Below, piece by piece: positions 52,586 to 64,000 of a DNA stretch of 64,000 nt. The position numbers and the translations under genes were made by a program. Every line of letters begins with the position of its first letter. Position 1 is the first letter of the stretch. A model generated the notes under the pieces. That model did not search any database and was not told the DNA's origin. It worked only from the letters and a program-made list of their open reading frames with translations. The stretch comes from an uncultured Erysipelotrichia bacterium (GTDB lineage: Bacteria > Bacillota_I > Bacilli_A > JBKEDG01), in NCBI GenBank assembly GCA_964593055.1, contig CAZQIG010000001.1, positions 13,527 to 77,526 on the forward strand, read 5' to 3'.

Positions 52586-53359
52586 ATCACTCACAAGATG
52601 ATTTAGTGGCCCTTTTCCACTACCTAAATCTAGTTTTAAAGAAATAGCTTTACTAATATATTCCTTACTATTTTCTACGGCTTCTTCAACACTAATTCCC
52701 TTTGCTAAATTACAAGCAAGTGCTGAAGAAAGCGTACATCCCGTACCATGTGTATTATCATTAATAATTTTATCTTGTCTAAACCATGTGAATTTTCCTT
52801 GAAAATATAAAAGATCATCTGCCATATCACTCAAATGCCCCCCCTTAAGCAAAATATACCCCTTATAAAACTTTGCTATTATTTGGCAAGCTCTTTCCAT
52901 TGCCATTTTATCACTTATCTTCATCTCAGCTAAAATTTCTGCTTCATAAATATTTGGTGTAATCATTGTGCAAAGTGGCATCAATTCTTCTTTTAAAGCA
53001 CTAATTGCATCTTCACTGAGCAATCTAGATCCACTAGTTGCCACCATAACAGGATCTAAAACGATATTTTTCGGTTTGTATTTTTGTAATTCTTCTACAA
53101 TAACTGCAATAGCTTCTTTAGAAACCATTCCAATTTTTATCGCATCTGGAAAAATATCTGTAAAAATTGCTTCTAATTGCAACCTTATCATCTCATCATC
53201 AGTTTTTGTAATAGCTAAAACACCTCGCGTATTTTGCGCTGTCAAAGCAGTTATCACACTCATACCATACATTTTATGTACGGTAATAGTTTTTAAATCA
53301 GCTTGTATACCCGCTCCTCCACTGCAATCTGAACCAGCTATAGTTAATACTTTTTTCAT
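52583..53359 (-). CDS. thiD: Hydroxymethylpyrimidine/phosphomethylpyrimidine kinase
   Basis: The PfkB-family motifs AGSDCSGGAGIQADLKT and GTGCTLSSA are present. Confidence 0.85.
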   Translation of the reverse strand: MKKVLTIAGSDCSGGAGIQADLKTITVHKMYGMSVITALTAQNTRGVLAITKTDDEMIRLQLEAIFTDIFPDAIKIGMVSKEAIAVIVEELQKYKPKNIVLDPVMVATSGSRLLSEDAISALKEELMPLCTMITPNIYEAEILAEMKISDKMAMERACQIIAKFYKGYILLKGGHLSDMADDLLYFQGKFTWFRQDKIINDNTHGTGCTLSSALACNLAKGISVEEAVENSKEYISKAISLKLDLGSGKGPLNHLVSD

Positions 53360-53994
53360 GATTTTCCTCCTAAATTAAGTTCAATTTCACTTACTAAATT
53401 CCTTGTCGAAGATAAAACATCATCACTACTATAAATAGCTGAAATAATAGCTACACCTGCAATATCAATATCATGAAAATAATGGAGATTTTTGCTATTA
53501 ATTCCGCCAATAGCTACGACAGGAATAGTTACTGCTTCACAAATTTGCTGTAAAGTAGAAAAACTTACTAGTTGTGCATCTGCTTTACTATTTGTAGTAA
53601 ACATCGTACCAACACCTAAATAATCAGCCCCTGCTTTTTCAGCTGCTTTAGCTTCTACAACACTCGAAACAGAAACACCGACAACTTTATCCTTAAATTT
53701 ATGACATATATCTACAATATTACCATCATCTTGTCCAATATGAATTCCAGCAACATCACTTTTTAAAGCTACTTCTACATTATCATTAACAATAACTGCT
53801 ACATCATATTTTTTAGCAATCTTGACTACTTCAGCAACGCTCTTTAAAAAAGTAGGAACATCTGCCGCTTTTTCACGAATTTGGAGCATTGTCACTCCAC
53901 CTGCTAAAGAGGCTTCAACTTTATCTAAAAACCCTTTTTCAAAAATAGAATTTGTAACTGCATAAACTTTTAAAGATTGTCTAAGCCTTTTCAT
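53356..53994 (-). CDS. thiE: Thiamine-phosphate synthase
   Basis: It has a TIM-barrel fold and the ThiE motifs (VQIREK...IGQDD...AIGGI). Confidence 0.9.
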   Translation of the reverse strand: MKRLRQSLKVYAVTNSIFEKGFLDKVEASLAGGVTMLQIREKAADVPTFLKSVAEVVKIAKKYDVAVIVNDNVEVALKSDVAGIHIGQDDGNIVDICHKFKDKVVGVSVSSVVEAKAAEKAGADYLGVGTMFTTNSKADAQLVSFSTLQQICEAVTIPVVAIGGINSKNLHYFHDIDIAGVAIISAIYSSDDVLSSTRNLVSEIELNLGGKS

Positions 53995-54790
53995 AACGAA
54001 TCCCTTTTTTCAAAACTTCTACATCCATCTTACTAATTTCATCAATAAAATGCATCTTCATCGATGAAAACCCTGCTGCCTTGAAAGAAGCTAATTCACC
54101 ACTAAATCCTACAATAGCAACAGCATACATTGCCGCTTTTAAAGTATTCTCCACATTAGCTGCTACATAACTTGCAACTACAGCACTTAACATACAACCA
54201 GTTCCAGTAATCTTACTCATCTCACTACAACCGTTTTTCACTACATATGTTGTACTACCATCACTAATTAAATCATATTCACTGCTAACTACAATAATTG
54301 TAGCAGCTTCTCTAGCAAATTTAGCAACCATTTTAATAGACTCTTCTAAATTACTATCATTAATTATATCTAAATCACTAGCATCAACACCTCTAGTTGC
54401 TTGCTCATCAGTAAATAAAGCTTTTATCTCCGAGACATTTCCACGAATAATAGTTGGATGTAATGTTTTAACAATATTCTTTGCTACTTCACTACGATAA
54501 GTCGAAGCTCCGGCTCCTACTGGATCAAAAATAATTGGTATTCCTTTTTTATTAGCAGTTTCACCAGCAATCATCATAGAAGTTACTACCCTTTCATTTA
54601 ACGTACCAATATTTAACAATAATGCATCACAAATATTCGTTATTTCTGACACCTCTTGTTTTTCATCAGCCATAATAGGTGATGCTTTACTAGCTAAAAT
54701 TACATTGGCAACATCATTAACAGTAACATAGTTAGTAATGCTATGTATAAGTGATACATTATTAGAAACATTTTCAAAAATTTTTTCCAT
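53981..54790 (-). CDS. thiM: Hydroxyethylthiazole kinase
   Basis: The motifs ITNYVTVNDVANVILASKASPIMA and TGTGCML are present. The start was set at MEKIFENV with RBS GAGGAGT (the longest ORF starts at 54877). Confidence 0.85.
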   Translation of the reverse strand: MEKIFENVSNNVSLIHSITNYVTVNDVANVILASKASPIMADEKQEVSEITNICDALLLNIGTLNERVVTSMMIAGETANKKGIPIIFDPVGAGASTYRSEVAKNIVKTLHPTIIRGNVSEIKALFTDEQATRGVDASDLDIINDSNLEESIKMVAKFAREAATIIVVSSEYDLISDGSTTYVVKNGCSEMSKITGTGCMLSAVVASYVAANVENTLKAAMYAVAIVGFSGELASFKAAGFSSMKMHFIDEISKMDVEVLKKGIRYEKA

Positions 54791-54814
54791 TTTACTACTC
54801 CTCAATTTTATTTT

Positions 54815-54945
54815 CATAATAAAAAACATGCTTATAGCATGCCAAACGTCATTAACTATAAATCCCAACGTTGGCATTACCCAAATCTGGTACGGTCGAA
54901 GTTAACCTTCCTCTCAGCATAAGCTCCCGATATTACATTCATCTT
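54815..54945 (-). promoter_or_regulatory. TPP riboswitch (THI element) with intrinsic terminator, leader of thiMED
   Basis: The minus-strand RNA reads CGGGAGC..GCUGAGA..ACCGUACCAGAUUUGGGUAAUGCCAACGUUGGGA, matching the THI-box (CUGAGA, ACCUGAUCUGGUUAAUACCAGCG-like). It is followed by the hairpin GGCAUGCUAUAAGCAUG and UUUUUUAUU (plus coordinates 54815..54845). Confidence 0.8.
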
Positions 54946-55008
54946 ACCATCTCTATTAGCATATTTCAACAATTTACTTACATAAAAAGTATTGTAATAA
55001 TACAATAC

Positions 55009-55830
55009 TCATTTTACACTAGCTAAATATTCTCTTATTTGATGAGCAACTCCATCATCTGCATTGCTCAAAGTAACTCCATAACTAATTTCTTTTAGTT
55101 TATCAACTGCATTTTCCATAGCATAGCTGTATTTAGCTTTTTCCAACATCTCTAAATCATTAAAATTATCACCAAAAGCCATTACTTCATCCCATGTAAA
55201 ACCATATTCTTTTAAAATATCTTCAACAGCAGCCCCTTTATTAACTCCTCGAGGCATAATTTCAACATTATTAGCATGTGAAGAAGTAATATAAATATCT
55301 AAATCACTAAATAATTCATTTTGCATCTTATCATAATTTTTAGGTTCTGTTATTACTAAAAACTTAAAAATTTTTAAATCATTTTCCACAATATAAGAAA
55401 AGTCACGTGAGATAGTAACATTAACACGTACTATTTCTTGAAAGTATTTAGTCGATTCATTATAATGTGAAGCAACAAAACCATGCTCATGATTCAAAAA
55501 ATATTCATAACCACCATCATTAAGAATATTCATAATTTTTTCTACTTCATTCATCGATAAAGTTTTCTCGGCAACAAGATCACTATCATTAACAATATCA
55601 TAAACCTTGCCTCCATTTACATTAATAACGTATTTATCAATAGGTAACTGTGCAATAATTTTTTTAGAAGAAGAGTAAGATCTACCAGTAGCAACTGCTA
55701 TTTTAATCCCTGCCGCATCTGCTTCTTTTAAAGCTGCAACTGTATTATCACTAACAATATCTTCTTTTTTTAATAATGTGCCATCTAAATCTGTTACAAT
55801 TAATTTTACCATTAAAACACAACCCTTCAC
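55009..55830 (-). CDS. Cof-type HAD-IIB family hydrolase (sugar/HMP-PP phosphatase-like)
   Basis: It has the HAD motif I (DLDGTLL), motif IV (GDNFND), and a Cof-type cap. A terminator hairpin GTATTGTA-ATA-TACAATAC lies at 54983..55010. Confidence 0.8.
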   Translation of the reverse strand: MKGCVLMVKLIVTDLDGTLLKKEDIVSDNTVAALKEADAAGIKIAVATGRSYSSSKKIIAQLPIDKYVINVNGGKVYDIVNDSDLVAEKTLSMNEVEKIMNILNDGGYEYFLNHEHGFVASHYNESTKYFQEIVRVNVTISRDFSYIVENDLKIFKFLVITEPKNYDKMQNELFSDLDIYITSSHANNVEIMPRGVNKGAAVEDILKEYGFTWDEVMAFGDNFNDLEMLEKAKYSYAMENAVDKLKEISYGVTLSNADDGVAHQIREYLASVK

Positions 55831-55938
55831 TTAAAATATGTTCTAATGGGAAGTATATCATATATATTTAACTGAAGTCAAAACCTACTTACATAAATTT
55901 CTAAATCATGGTATTATAAAAAGGGAAAAGGTGATTAA

Positions 55939-57534
55939 ATGAAAATTCATATTTCAACAATTAATGCAAAATTTATTCATAAAAACAATAGTATTTATCA
56001 ATTAAGTGCAGCTACTAAAGATTTAGCACCACTCTTTTTAAAAGAATACCATCAAAAAATGGATTACGAAAAAATCAGTGCAGATATTATCAACGAAAAA
56101 GCAGATATTTACTGTTTTAGTGTTTATATTTGGAATGTTAAAACGTATATGAAAATAATTACACAATTAAAAAAACAGTCTCCTAATTGTACGATTATCA
56201 TCGGTGGGCCAGAACTTGGATTTAACCCCCAAAGAGCATTCACACTAATTCCAGACATAGATTATTTAATTACTGGAGAAGGTGAAAAACCACTCTATAA
56301 TTTATTAAATCACTTGCTATATAATAAACCGTTAATCCATACTGCAATTTCTACAAAAAAAATATTTAATACTAATACTTTAGTTGAAGCATTAGCTAAT
56401 TATAACTTTTCTTATCTAGATGACTTAAAGCTTGAAGACAAACAAATCTTCTATATTGAAGCTAGCCGTGGCTGCCCTTACAGGTGTAGTTACTGTATAA
56501 GCTCATTAGAAAAAAAAGTTCGTAAACATCAATTAGCAAATATTTTTAAACAAATTGATTATGCGATCATCAATAAAGTTTCTACAATTAAATTTTTGGA
56601 TCGTAGTTTTAATTTAAATGATACATGGTGTATTACTATACTAGAATACATTAAAAAAAATGCTTTAAAGACACAGCGCTTTCAATTCGAAGTTAATTTG
56701 GAAACACTATCAGAAAAACTTATTAACTACTTAAGTACCTTTCCAAAAAATTTAATTCGCTTTGAAGTTGGTATTCAATCTATTTATGATGAAGTAAATC
56801 ATGCGGTCAATCGAAAACAAAACTTTCAAGTACTGCAACACAAATTAAAACGTTTAGCAGCTACAAATGTTACACTACATCTTGATTTAATTGCAGGTTT
56901 ACCAAAAGAAACATATGTGATGTTTCAAAATTCTTTTAATGCTATTTTTGATTTTAATGTTGCAGAAATTCAAGTAGGAATTTTAAAAATCCTAAGTGGT
57001 ACACTTCTAGAAGAACAAATATTTAATCATAACTATCGTTTTAGTACTACAGCTCCCTATACTATCATCGATAATAAATATTTAACAACAGATGAACTTT
57101 ATAATATTAGCCTCGTTGAAAATATTATTAATCGTTACTACAATACTCAAAAATTTCCGTTAACAATGCAAACAGTACGTAAAAAAGATAACCCTTTCAA
57201 TTATTTTTTAAACTTTGCAAAATTTTTACATGCACAAAATCTAGAACTTTTGAATTACCAAAATCATGATCTTGTCAATTATTTATATTCATATGATAAT
57301 GAGCTACGAGATTGTTTGATTCAAGATTATTATAATGGTAATAAGTTAAAACCTAAACGCATTTTACAAAAAACGTTCGATAAAACAGCTATCTTTCATG
57401 AACTAAGTGTTAGATGTAATCAATCACTTAACTACATCTATAAATATTTTCTCATTGAAGAGTTAACATCTAGCTATTATTGTAAAGATTTTTATACTCA
57501 AGAAATATTTTTAATCAAGAAAAAAAGTGCTTAA
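55939..57534 (+). CDS. B12-binding domain-containing radical SAM protein (DUF4080-type C-terminus)
   Basis: It has an N-terminal cobalamin-binding-like domain and the radical SAM CxxxCxxC motif (RGCPYRCSYC). It is 531 aa long with RBS AAGGTGA. Confidence 0.8.
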   Translation: MKIHISTINAKFIHKNNSIYQLSAATKDLAPLFLKEYHQKMDYEKISADIINEKADIYCFSVYIWNVKTYMKIITQLKKQSPNCTIIIGGPELGFNPQRAFTLIPDIDYLITGEGEKPLYNLLNHLLYNKPLIHTAISTKKIFNTNTLVEALANYNFSYLDDLKLEDKQIFYIEASRGCPYRCSYCISSLEKKVRKHQLANIFKQIDYAIINKVSTIKFLDRSFNLNDTWCITILEYIKKNALKTQRFQFEVNLETLSEKLINYLSTFPKNLIRFEVGIQSIYDEVNHAVNRKQNFQVLQHKLKRLAATNVTLHLDLIAGLPKETYVMFQNSFNAIFDFNVAEIQVGILKILSGTLLEEQIFNHNYRFSTTAPYTIIDNKYLTTDELYNISLVENIINRYYNTQKFPLTMQTVRKKDNPFNYFLNFAKFLHAQNLELLNYQNHDLVNYLYSYDNELRDCLIQDYYNGNKLKPKRILQKTFDKTAIFHELSVRCNQSLNYIYKYFLIEELTSSYYCKDFYTQEIFLIKKKSA

Positions 57535-59069
57535 GCACTTTTTCTTATTTTATAGCGAACTAAGAATAATATAGCTGCTAAGATAACTAAGTATTTAACT
57601 ATGTTCATTGAACCAGTCTTTGGTAACTTGTCAACATCAGAATTTTGATCAGTTGGAAAACAAGGTTCAATATCATCTTCAACTTCTTCAGAAGTTTCAT
57701 CTTCAATAACATTGCTAAAATCTTCAACAAGAACTTGGACATTTCTTTTTAGACCTGTAGATGAAATAACAAAAGAAATTTCATACTCACCTTCTGCTTC
57801 TACTAACTGTGATCTATCCAATTTTAAACCAATTCTTTCATAATCATTAATAAGATTTCCTGTAGTCTTATCATAGACTGCTAATTTACTTAACTTATAG
57901 TACTCTTCTTCTAATAAAGATCCTACTTGAGTCGTTGAAATTTTGAAATCACGTGCATGAATAATATATTCATCACCGATAACATAATCTCCATTATTAA
58001 CTAAATACACTCTTGAAGCTTCTGCTTTGTTACCAAATGAATCACTGACTTGATAGCTAACCGAATATACCCCAGGTGTTTTAACATCGACTTCACCATT
58101 AACAACTATCTCACTAGTCAAGTCTCCATCTTCAGTATCAATTGCTTCAATCCCAGCAATTAAGTTCACTTCTTCTCCTACACCTAATTCTATAAAAGTA
58201 TTTCCTACATTAATACTAGGTTTTTCATCTGGTTTTGGCTCTGTTTCTTTTATCGTTACTGGTATTTTCACTTTTCCACTAAATCCAATATCTTTTTGCG
58301 TAAAATGTTCAATATCATCATCAAAAGTAAAAGCTAATTGTGCTGTCCCCGGTGCTAAATCATCCCATGTAATTGTGTTAGTAGTTTCATCATATACACC
58401 ATTTCTATTAATATCATATATTTTCCCATCTACTTCTCCACAAACATTTTTAAAATATTCACCGACATTTAACGAAAAACTATTACCTGTAACTTCTTTT
58501 TCTGCTAAAGTAATTCTTTGATTTTGCGATGTTACATAAGCTTCCATACTAAGATTAATTAATGGTGAAAGATTGCTTATTTGGTTAGCACTAATATTAA
58601 GTCTTGTCAACAAATGTAGGTTTTCTACTATCGTAATATCTTGTATTTGATTTCCATTTAAAAATAAAGATTCTAGTGACGTCATTGTTGCTAAACTACT
58701 TATATCAACAAGCTTATTACTAGATAAATTAAGTACTCGAACATTTTGTAATTCACTTAATTGTTTTAAATCTACTATTTGATTATTTTTTAAATCAATT
58801 CTTCTCACATTACTTAAACGCTCTATTCCTGATAAATCCACTATTTCTTTTGATGAGCATTCTAACTTAATAATACTATCAAGCTCTTCTCGTGTAATAC
58901 TATCTGTAACTGCTTTTTCTAGTGATTCTGCTACACATAAAGCTAAATTGTTATCACTAAAAACATCTTCGACTGTCTCTACTTCTAGTGATTCTGCATC
59001 ATATTCTACAGTTCCATAATTAAAAAATAAACTAATAGCTAAAAAAATTGTTGTTACTCTCAATATCAT
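57531..59069 (-). CDS. LPXTG-anchored leucine-rich-repeat surface protein (internalin-like, with Ig-like/DUF5011-like domain)
   Basis: It has a signal peptide and roughly 22-residue LRRs (LxxLxxLxLxxNxIxDIxxL). The C-terminus has LPKTG, then a hydrophobic stretch and an RYKIRKSA tail. Confidence 0.75.
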   Translation of the reverse strand: MILRVTTIFLAISLFFNYGTVEYDAESLEVETVEDVFSDNNLALCVAESLEKAVTDSITREELDSIIKLECSSKEIVDLSGIERLSNVRRIDLKNNQIVDLKQLSELQNVRVLNLSSNKLVDISSLATMTSLESLFLNGNQIQDITIVENLHLLTRLNISANQISNLSPLINLSMEAYVTSQNQRITLAEKEVTGNSFSLNVGEYFKNVCGEVDGKIYDINRNGVYDETTNTITWDDLAPGTAQLAFTFDDDIEHFTQKDIGFSGKVKIPVTIKETEPKPDEKPSINVGNTFIELGVGEEVNLIAGIEAIDTEDGDLTSEIVVNGEVDVKTPGVYSVSYQVSDSFGNKAEASRVYLVNNGDYVIGDEYIIHARDFKISTTQVGSLLEEEYYKLSKLAVYDKTTGNLINDYERIGLKLDRSQLVEAEGEYEISFVISSTGLKRNVQVLVEDFSNVIEDETSEEVEDDIEPCFPTDQNSDVDKLPKTGSMNIVKYLVILAAILFLVRYKIRKSA

Positions 59070-59214
59070 ATCTCATCCCCCTTGTAAATAAAAATATTAT
59101 TCTATTAAATCATATCATAATAATCGGTAGAAACATTATTCCTTTAACTTTTCTTCACAATGCCTTTTATTATTTACTATACATCTAAAACTAAATATGA
59201 TATAATATGTGCGA

Positions 59215-59301
59215 GCCTAAGTGGCGGAATTGGTAGACGCACTGGACTCAAAATCCAGCGAGGTCAAACTCGTGCCGGTTCGACTCCGGCCTTAGGTACC
59301 A
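59215..59301 (+). tRNA. tRNA-Leu (anticodon CAA), type II with long variable arm, CCA encoded
   Basis: The acceptor is GCCUAAG/CUUAGGU (G1·U72), the D-arm is GGCGGAAUUGGUAGACGC, the anticodon loop is CUCAAAA, the long variable stem is CGAGGUCAAACUCGUG, and the T-arm is CCGGUUCGACUCCGG, ending ACCA. An upstream TATAAT lies at about 59202. A downstream terminator CCAAAGTT-ATTA-ACTTTGG plus a T-run lies at 59316..59345. Confidence 0.85.
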
Positions 59302-59466
59302 TTTTAGAAAAAATCCCAAAGTTATTAACTTTGGTTTTTTTATTTATAGCATCTCCCCACTTTTATTATTTTACATTCATTTTTTCAAGCTACTTTTAAT
59401 AATTTCTTTATCAGTGTTCATAGATAAGTTTTTAAATTCCAGCTTACTTTTAAAATATTAAATAAA

Positions 59467-59492
59467 AAAACGGATAAACATCCGTTTTTTTT
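59467..59492 (-). terminator. Intrinsic terminator after nrdJ (bidirectional hairpin)
   Basis: The hairpin AAAACGGAT-AAACA-TCCGTTTTTTTT sits immediately after the nrdJ stop codon. Confidence 0.55.
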
Positions 59493-62007
59493 ATAGTCCA
59501 CAACGAAGTTGTGCTCCACAATTTGAACAAGTATGGCAACCACCAGCATCAATAACTTCACCTTCATTACAAATAGGACAAATATCTCCTAACTCATCAC
59601 CAATATTTTTACCATGCTTTGTTCTTGGTGGATTAACATCTTCTTCTTTTGATTTTTCTTTGTTAGATAATCCTAAATCAAGTTGCTCAGCTTTTGGCGT
59701 CTCTTCTTCAACTGATAATGAGAGAACTTGAGCATCTCTAGAACCATCTACATAAACAGTTCCACCTTTAGCACCACCTAAGTATAACTTTTCATAAATT
59801 TTTTCAACTTGTTTAACAGTATATCCTTTTGGAGCATTAACAGTTTTAGAAATAGAAGAATCTACCCAATTTTGAATAATACACTGTACTTCTACATGCT
59901 CTTCTGGATCTAAATCCATTGCAGAAATAAAATAATCTGGCAATTCTTGCTTTCCATGTATTTTATACCATTGCTCTACAATTTCAGCATTTACTTCCAT
60001 GAATTTACCTAAACGTCCACTTCTAAAATATTTAAATGAGAAATAAGGTTCTAACCCCGTTGAAACACCTACCATTGTTCCAGTAGACCCAGTCGGTGCT
60101 ATAGTCAATAAATGTGAATTTCTAATTCCATATTTTTTAATATCTTCACGAATATAATCCGGCATTTTCTTAATATATCCCGACTCAACTAATCTATCTC
60201 TTGAATCATATTGATCTAACAATGGGAAAGACCCTTTTTCTTTAGCAAGTTCAATTGAAGCTTCATATGCTGTAATAGCAATTGTTCTTAAAATGTCTTC
60301 TACAACTGCATTTCCCTCCACACTTCCATATTTTTTCTTATTCCAGATTAATAAATCATGTAATCCCATAATACCTAAACCGATACGTCTTTCACCTAAA
60401 GCTTGCTCGCGGTTAGCTTCAAGGAAATAAGGTGTTGTATCAATAACATTATCTTGCATACGAACTCCCACACGTACTACTTCTTTTAATTTATCGTATA
60501 AGATAGTTCCTGTATGTTTTTCTACAAAATTAGCTAAATTAATAGCTGCTAAATTACAAACAGAATATGGTGCTAGTGGTTGTTCGCCACATGGATTAGT
60601 TGCCACAACTTTTTGATTATAAGCTATCGCATTAGTCATCTTATTAGCATTATCAATAAAGAAGATTCCCGGTTCAGCACTATATGTAGCACAAATATTA
60701 ATTAAATCCCATAAATCTTTTGCTCTTATTTCATGATAAACCTTAACTGAATGCCCTAATTTTTCCCACTCGCGAACATCGCCAATTTTATGCCATTCTT
60801 GGTTATAAAACGTTTTCTCTTCTTCATTCATCTCATCTACATCTGGAAAACGTAGTGCATACATTTCATCATTAACAACAGCTTGCATAAATTCATCCGT
60901 AATGTTGATGGAAATATTAGCACCTGATAAAAATGATTTATCATGTACAGAATATGTTCCCCCATCATTTAGTTTTTGGATTGCTTCTTGATATACGTCT
61001 TCTGAAATCATTACCGTATCAACACCAGAAGCATCCTTAATTTCACGATACAACTTTTCTTCAGTCATTGTTAAAGGTTTAAAATCTAATTTAGCTTTAG
61101 CAGCTTCAACGATTAATTCATTTTGCGAATTATCAATTAAAAATTGTAGAATTTTAGGATTTTGCATCTTAGAAATAATAAACTCAATTACATCAGGATG
61201 CCAATCAGCCATCATAATCATTTGTGCACCTCTTCTAGAACCTCCTTGTTCTACAAGATGTGTTAGTTGACTCAAATCATTTAACCAACTCACAGATCCA
61301 CTACTCTTACCTCCAACACCTTTAGCGCGTGCATTTTTTGGTCTTAAAGTAGAGCCATTAGTTCCTACTCCACCTCCACGACTCATAATTTCCATTACTT
61401 CTTTACGGTGATCACTAATACCACCCCTAGAGTCATGAATCATCGGCATTACAAAGCAGTTAAAATAAGTTACTTCTGTTCCACTACCAGCTCCAAATAA
61501 TACTCTACCAGCCGGTACAAATGACATATCACTTAAAAATTCATAAAATTTATTCATATATTTTTCACGTAGCTCTTCACTTTTTTCATCACGACTTAAA
61601 GCTTTTGCTACACGCTTTGCAATTTGTTCGTAATATAACTCTAAAGGCTTATCAATCGTATTAAATGAACGTGTTACAGAATCTAAGTTGATTTCTTCTT
61701 CACTCAATGCTACTTTAAATTCTTCTTCTAATTTAACTTTTACTAGTTGATGATCATAATCAATTTCGATAATTTCTCCTAATCCTCGAGTAGGAAATTG
61801 AGGATCTTCCTTAACAACTAAAACGACAAGGTCACCAATACCTAAACTTTTATGCTCTGTATCTTTTTGAGCATAACGATCTAGCATCACTAAGCGAGAA
61901 ACACCATCATGTGTTAGAGTCATATCTTCTGTTATCTTAAATAAATGTGGAAAGTGTTTTTCGATATCCTTATTTATCTTTTCAATTTGAATACTACTAT
62001 ATTTCAT
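59491..62007 (-). CDS. nrdJ: Adenosylcobalamin-dependent (class II) ribonucleotide reductase
   Basis: An 838-aa protein. Its motifs include GGGVGTNGSTLRPKNA, the active-site region NPCGEQPLAPYSVCNLAAINL, and a C-terminal Zn ribbon CPICNEG...CHTCSNCG. The RBS AAAGGTGGT overlaps the lysS stop. Confidence 0.85.
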   Translation of the reverse strand: MKYSSIQIEKINKDIEKHFPHLFKITEDMTLTHDGVSRLVMLDRYAQKDTEHKSLGIGDLVVLVVKEDPQFPTRGLGEIIEIDYDHQLVKVKLEEEFKVALSEEEINLDSVTRSFNTIDKPLELYYEQIAKRVAKALSRDEKSEELREKYMNKFYEFLSDMSFVPAGRVLFGAGSGTEVTYFNCFVMPMIHDSRGGISDHRKEVMEIMSRGGGVGTNGSTLRPKNARAKGVGGKSSGSVSWLNDLSQLTHLVEQGGSRRGAQMIMMADWHPDVIEFIISKMQNPKILQFLIDNSQNELIVEAAKAKLDFKPLTMTEEKLYREIKDASGVDTVMISEDVYQEAIQKLNDGGTYSVHDKSFLSGANISINITDEFMQAVVNDEMYALRFPDVDEMNEEEKTFYNQEWHKIGDVREWEKLGHSVKVYHEIRAKDLWDLINICATYSAEPGIFFIDNANKMTNAIAYNQKVVATNPCGEQPLAPYSVCNLAAINLANFVEKHTGTILYDKLKEVVRVGVRMQDNVIDTTPYFLEANREQALGERRIGLGIMGLHDLLIWNKKKYGSVEGNAVVEDILRTIAITAYEASIELAKEKGSFPLLDQYDSRDRLVESGYIKKMPDYIREDIKKYGIRNSHLLTIAPTGSTGTMVGVSTGLEPYFSFKYFRSGRLGKFMEVNAEIVEQWYKIHGKQELPDYFISAMDLDPEEHVEVQCIIQNWVDSSISKTVNAPKGYTVKQVEKIYEKLYLGGAKGGTVYVDGSRDAQVLSLSVEEETPKAEQLDLGLSNKEKSKEEDVNPPRTKHGKNIGDELGDICPICNEGEVIDAGGCHTCSNCGAQLRCGL

Positions 62008-62017
62008 ATTACCACCT

Positions 62018-63800
<1,783 letters not shown>

Positions 63801-64000
63801 ATCCCAATTATAGCAAAGATACGTATAATCTACAAGACATTTATCTTAAATAGTTTTATATCATCTACTATATAGCTTTTTTTCAAGATATATTATTTAA
63901 AAGAATATTAAATAATATAAAAATTTTTATTAATTATTTTCTTTTACATTTTTTAATATTGCTTTAAAAATTTTTACAATTATAGTGCCTAAACCTCTTA

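Overview
This 64 kb window is an AT-rich (roughly 30% GC) Firmicutes-type chromosomal segment, almost entirely gene-dense on the minus strand. It uses the standard genetic code: UGA is a stop, and prfB carries the classic UGA-dependent +1 frameshift. No region shows a clear signature of a new defence or mobile system. The most unusual items are listed in the findings; everything else is conserved housekeeping.

From left to right the window contains:
- 1..4225: the right arm of a decaying temperate prophage. It has a G39P-like helicase loader, a DnaD-like replication initiator, a Cro/CI switch with overlapping divergent promoters and operator repeats, and a multiply frameshifted integrase stump. 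It abuts the 3' end of tmRNA (ssrA, minus strand, 4225..4565).
- A nucleoside/BMP-type ABC transporter (ATPase plus two permeases, with no local binding protein), then a TauE/SafE membrane protein.
- A compact accBCDA-fabHDGFZ fatty-acid cluster with no acpP and no enoyl-ACP reductase.
- A free-standing AlaX-L editing protein, an RluA-family pseudouridine synthase, and a MATE efflux plus cyclase-family pair.
- A pyrR-pyrB-pyrC-pyrK-pyrD-pyrF-pyrE operon with no carAB or pyrP. It is preceded by a PyrR-binding attenuator and ends in a translationally coupled ECF-S-like membrane protein.
- pcp, cca, murE, mnmG, mnmE, then the str operon (rpsL-rpsG-fusA-tuf).
- hslO-ftsH-(tilS::hpt fusion)-divIC-yabO, uvrB, an EnvC/PcsB-like M23 peptidase with ftsX-ftsE, prfB, and secA.
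- A TPP-riboswitch-controlled thiM-thiE-thiD operon, a Cof-type HAD phosphatase, a B12-binding radical SAM protein, and an LPXTG-anchored LRR (internalin-like) surface protein.
- tRNA-Leu(CAA), then lysS co-transcribed with a class II (B12-dependent) ribonucleotide reductase (nrdJ) behind a long 5' leader.
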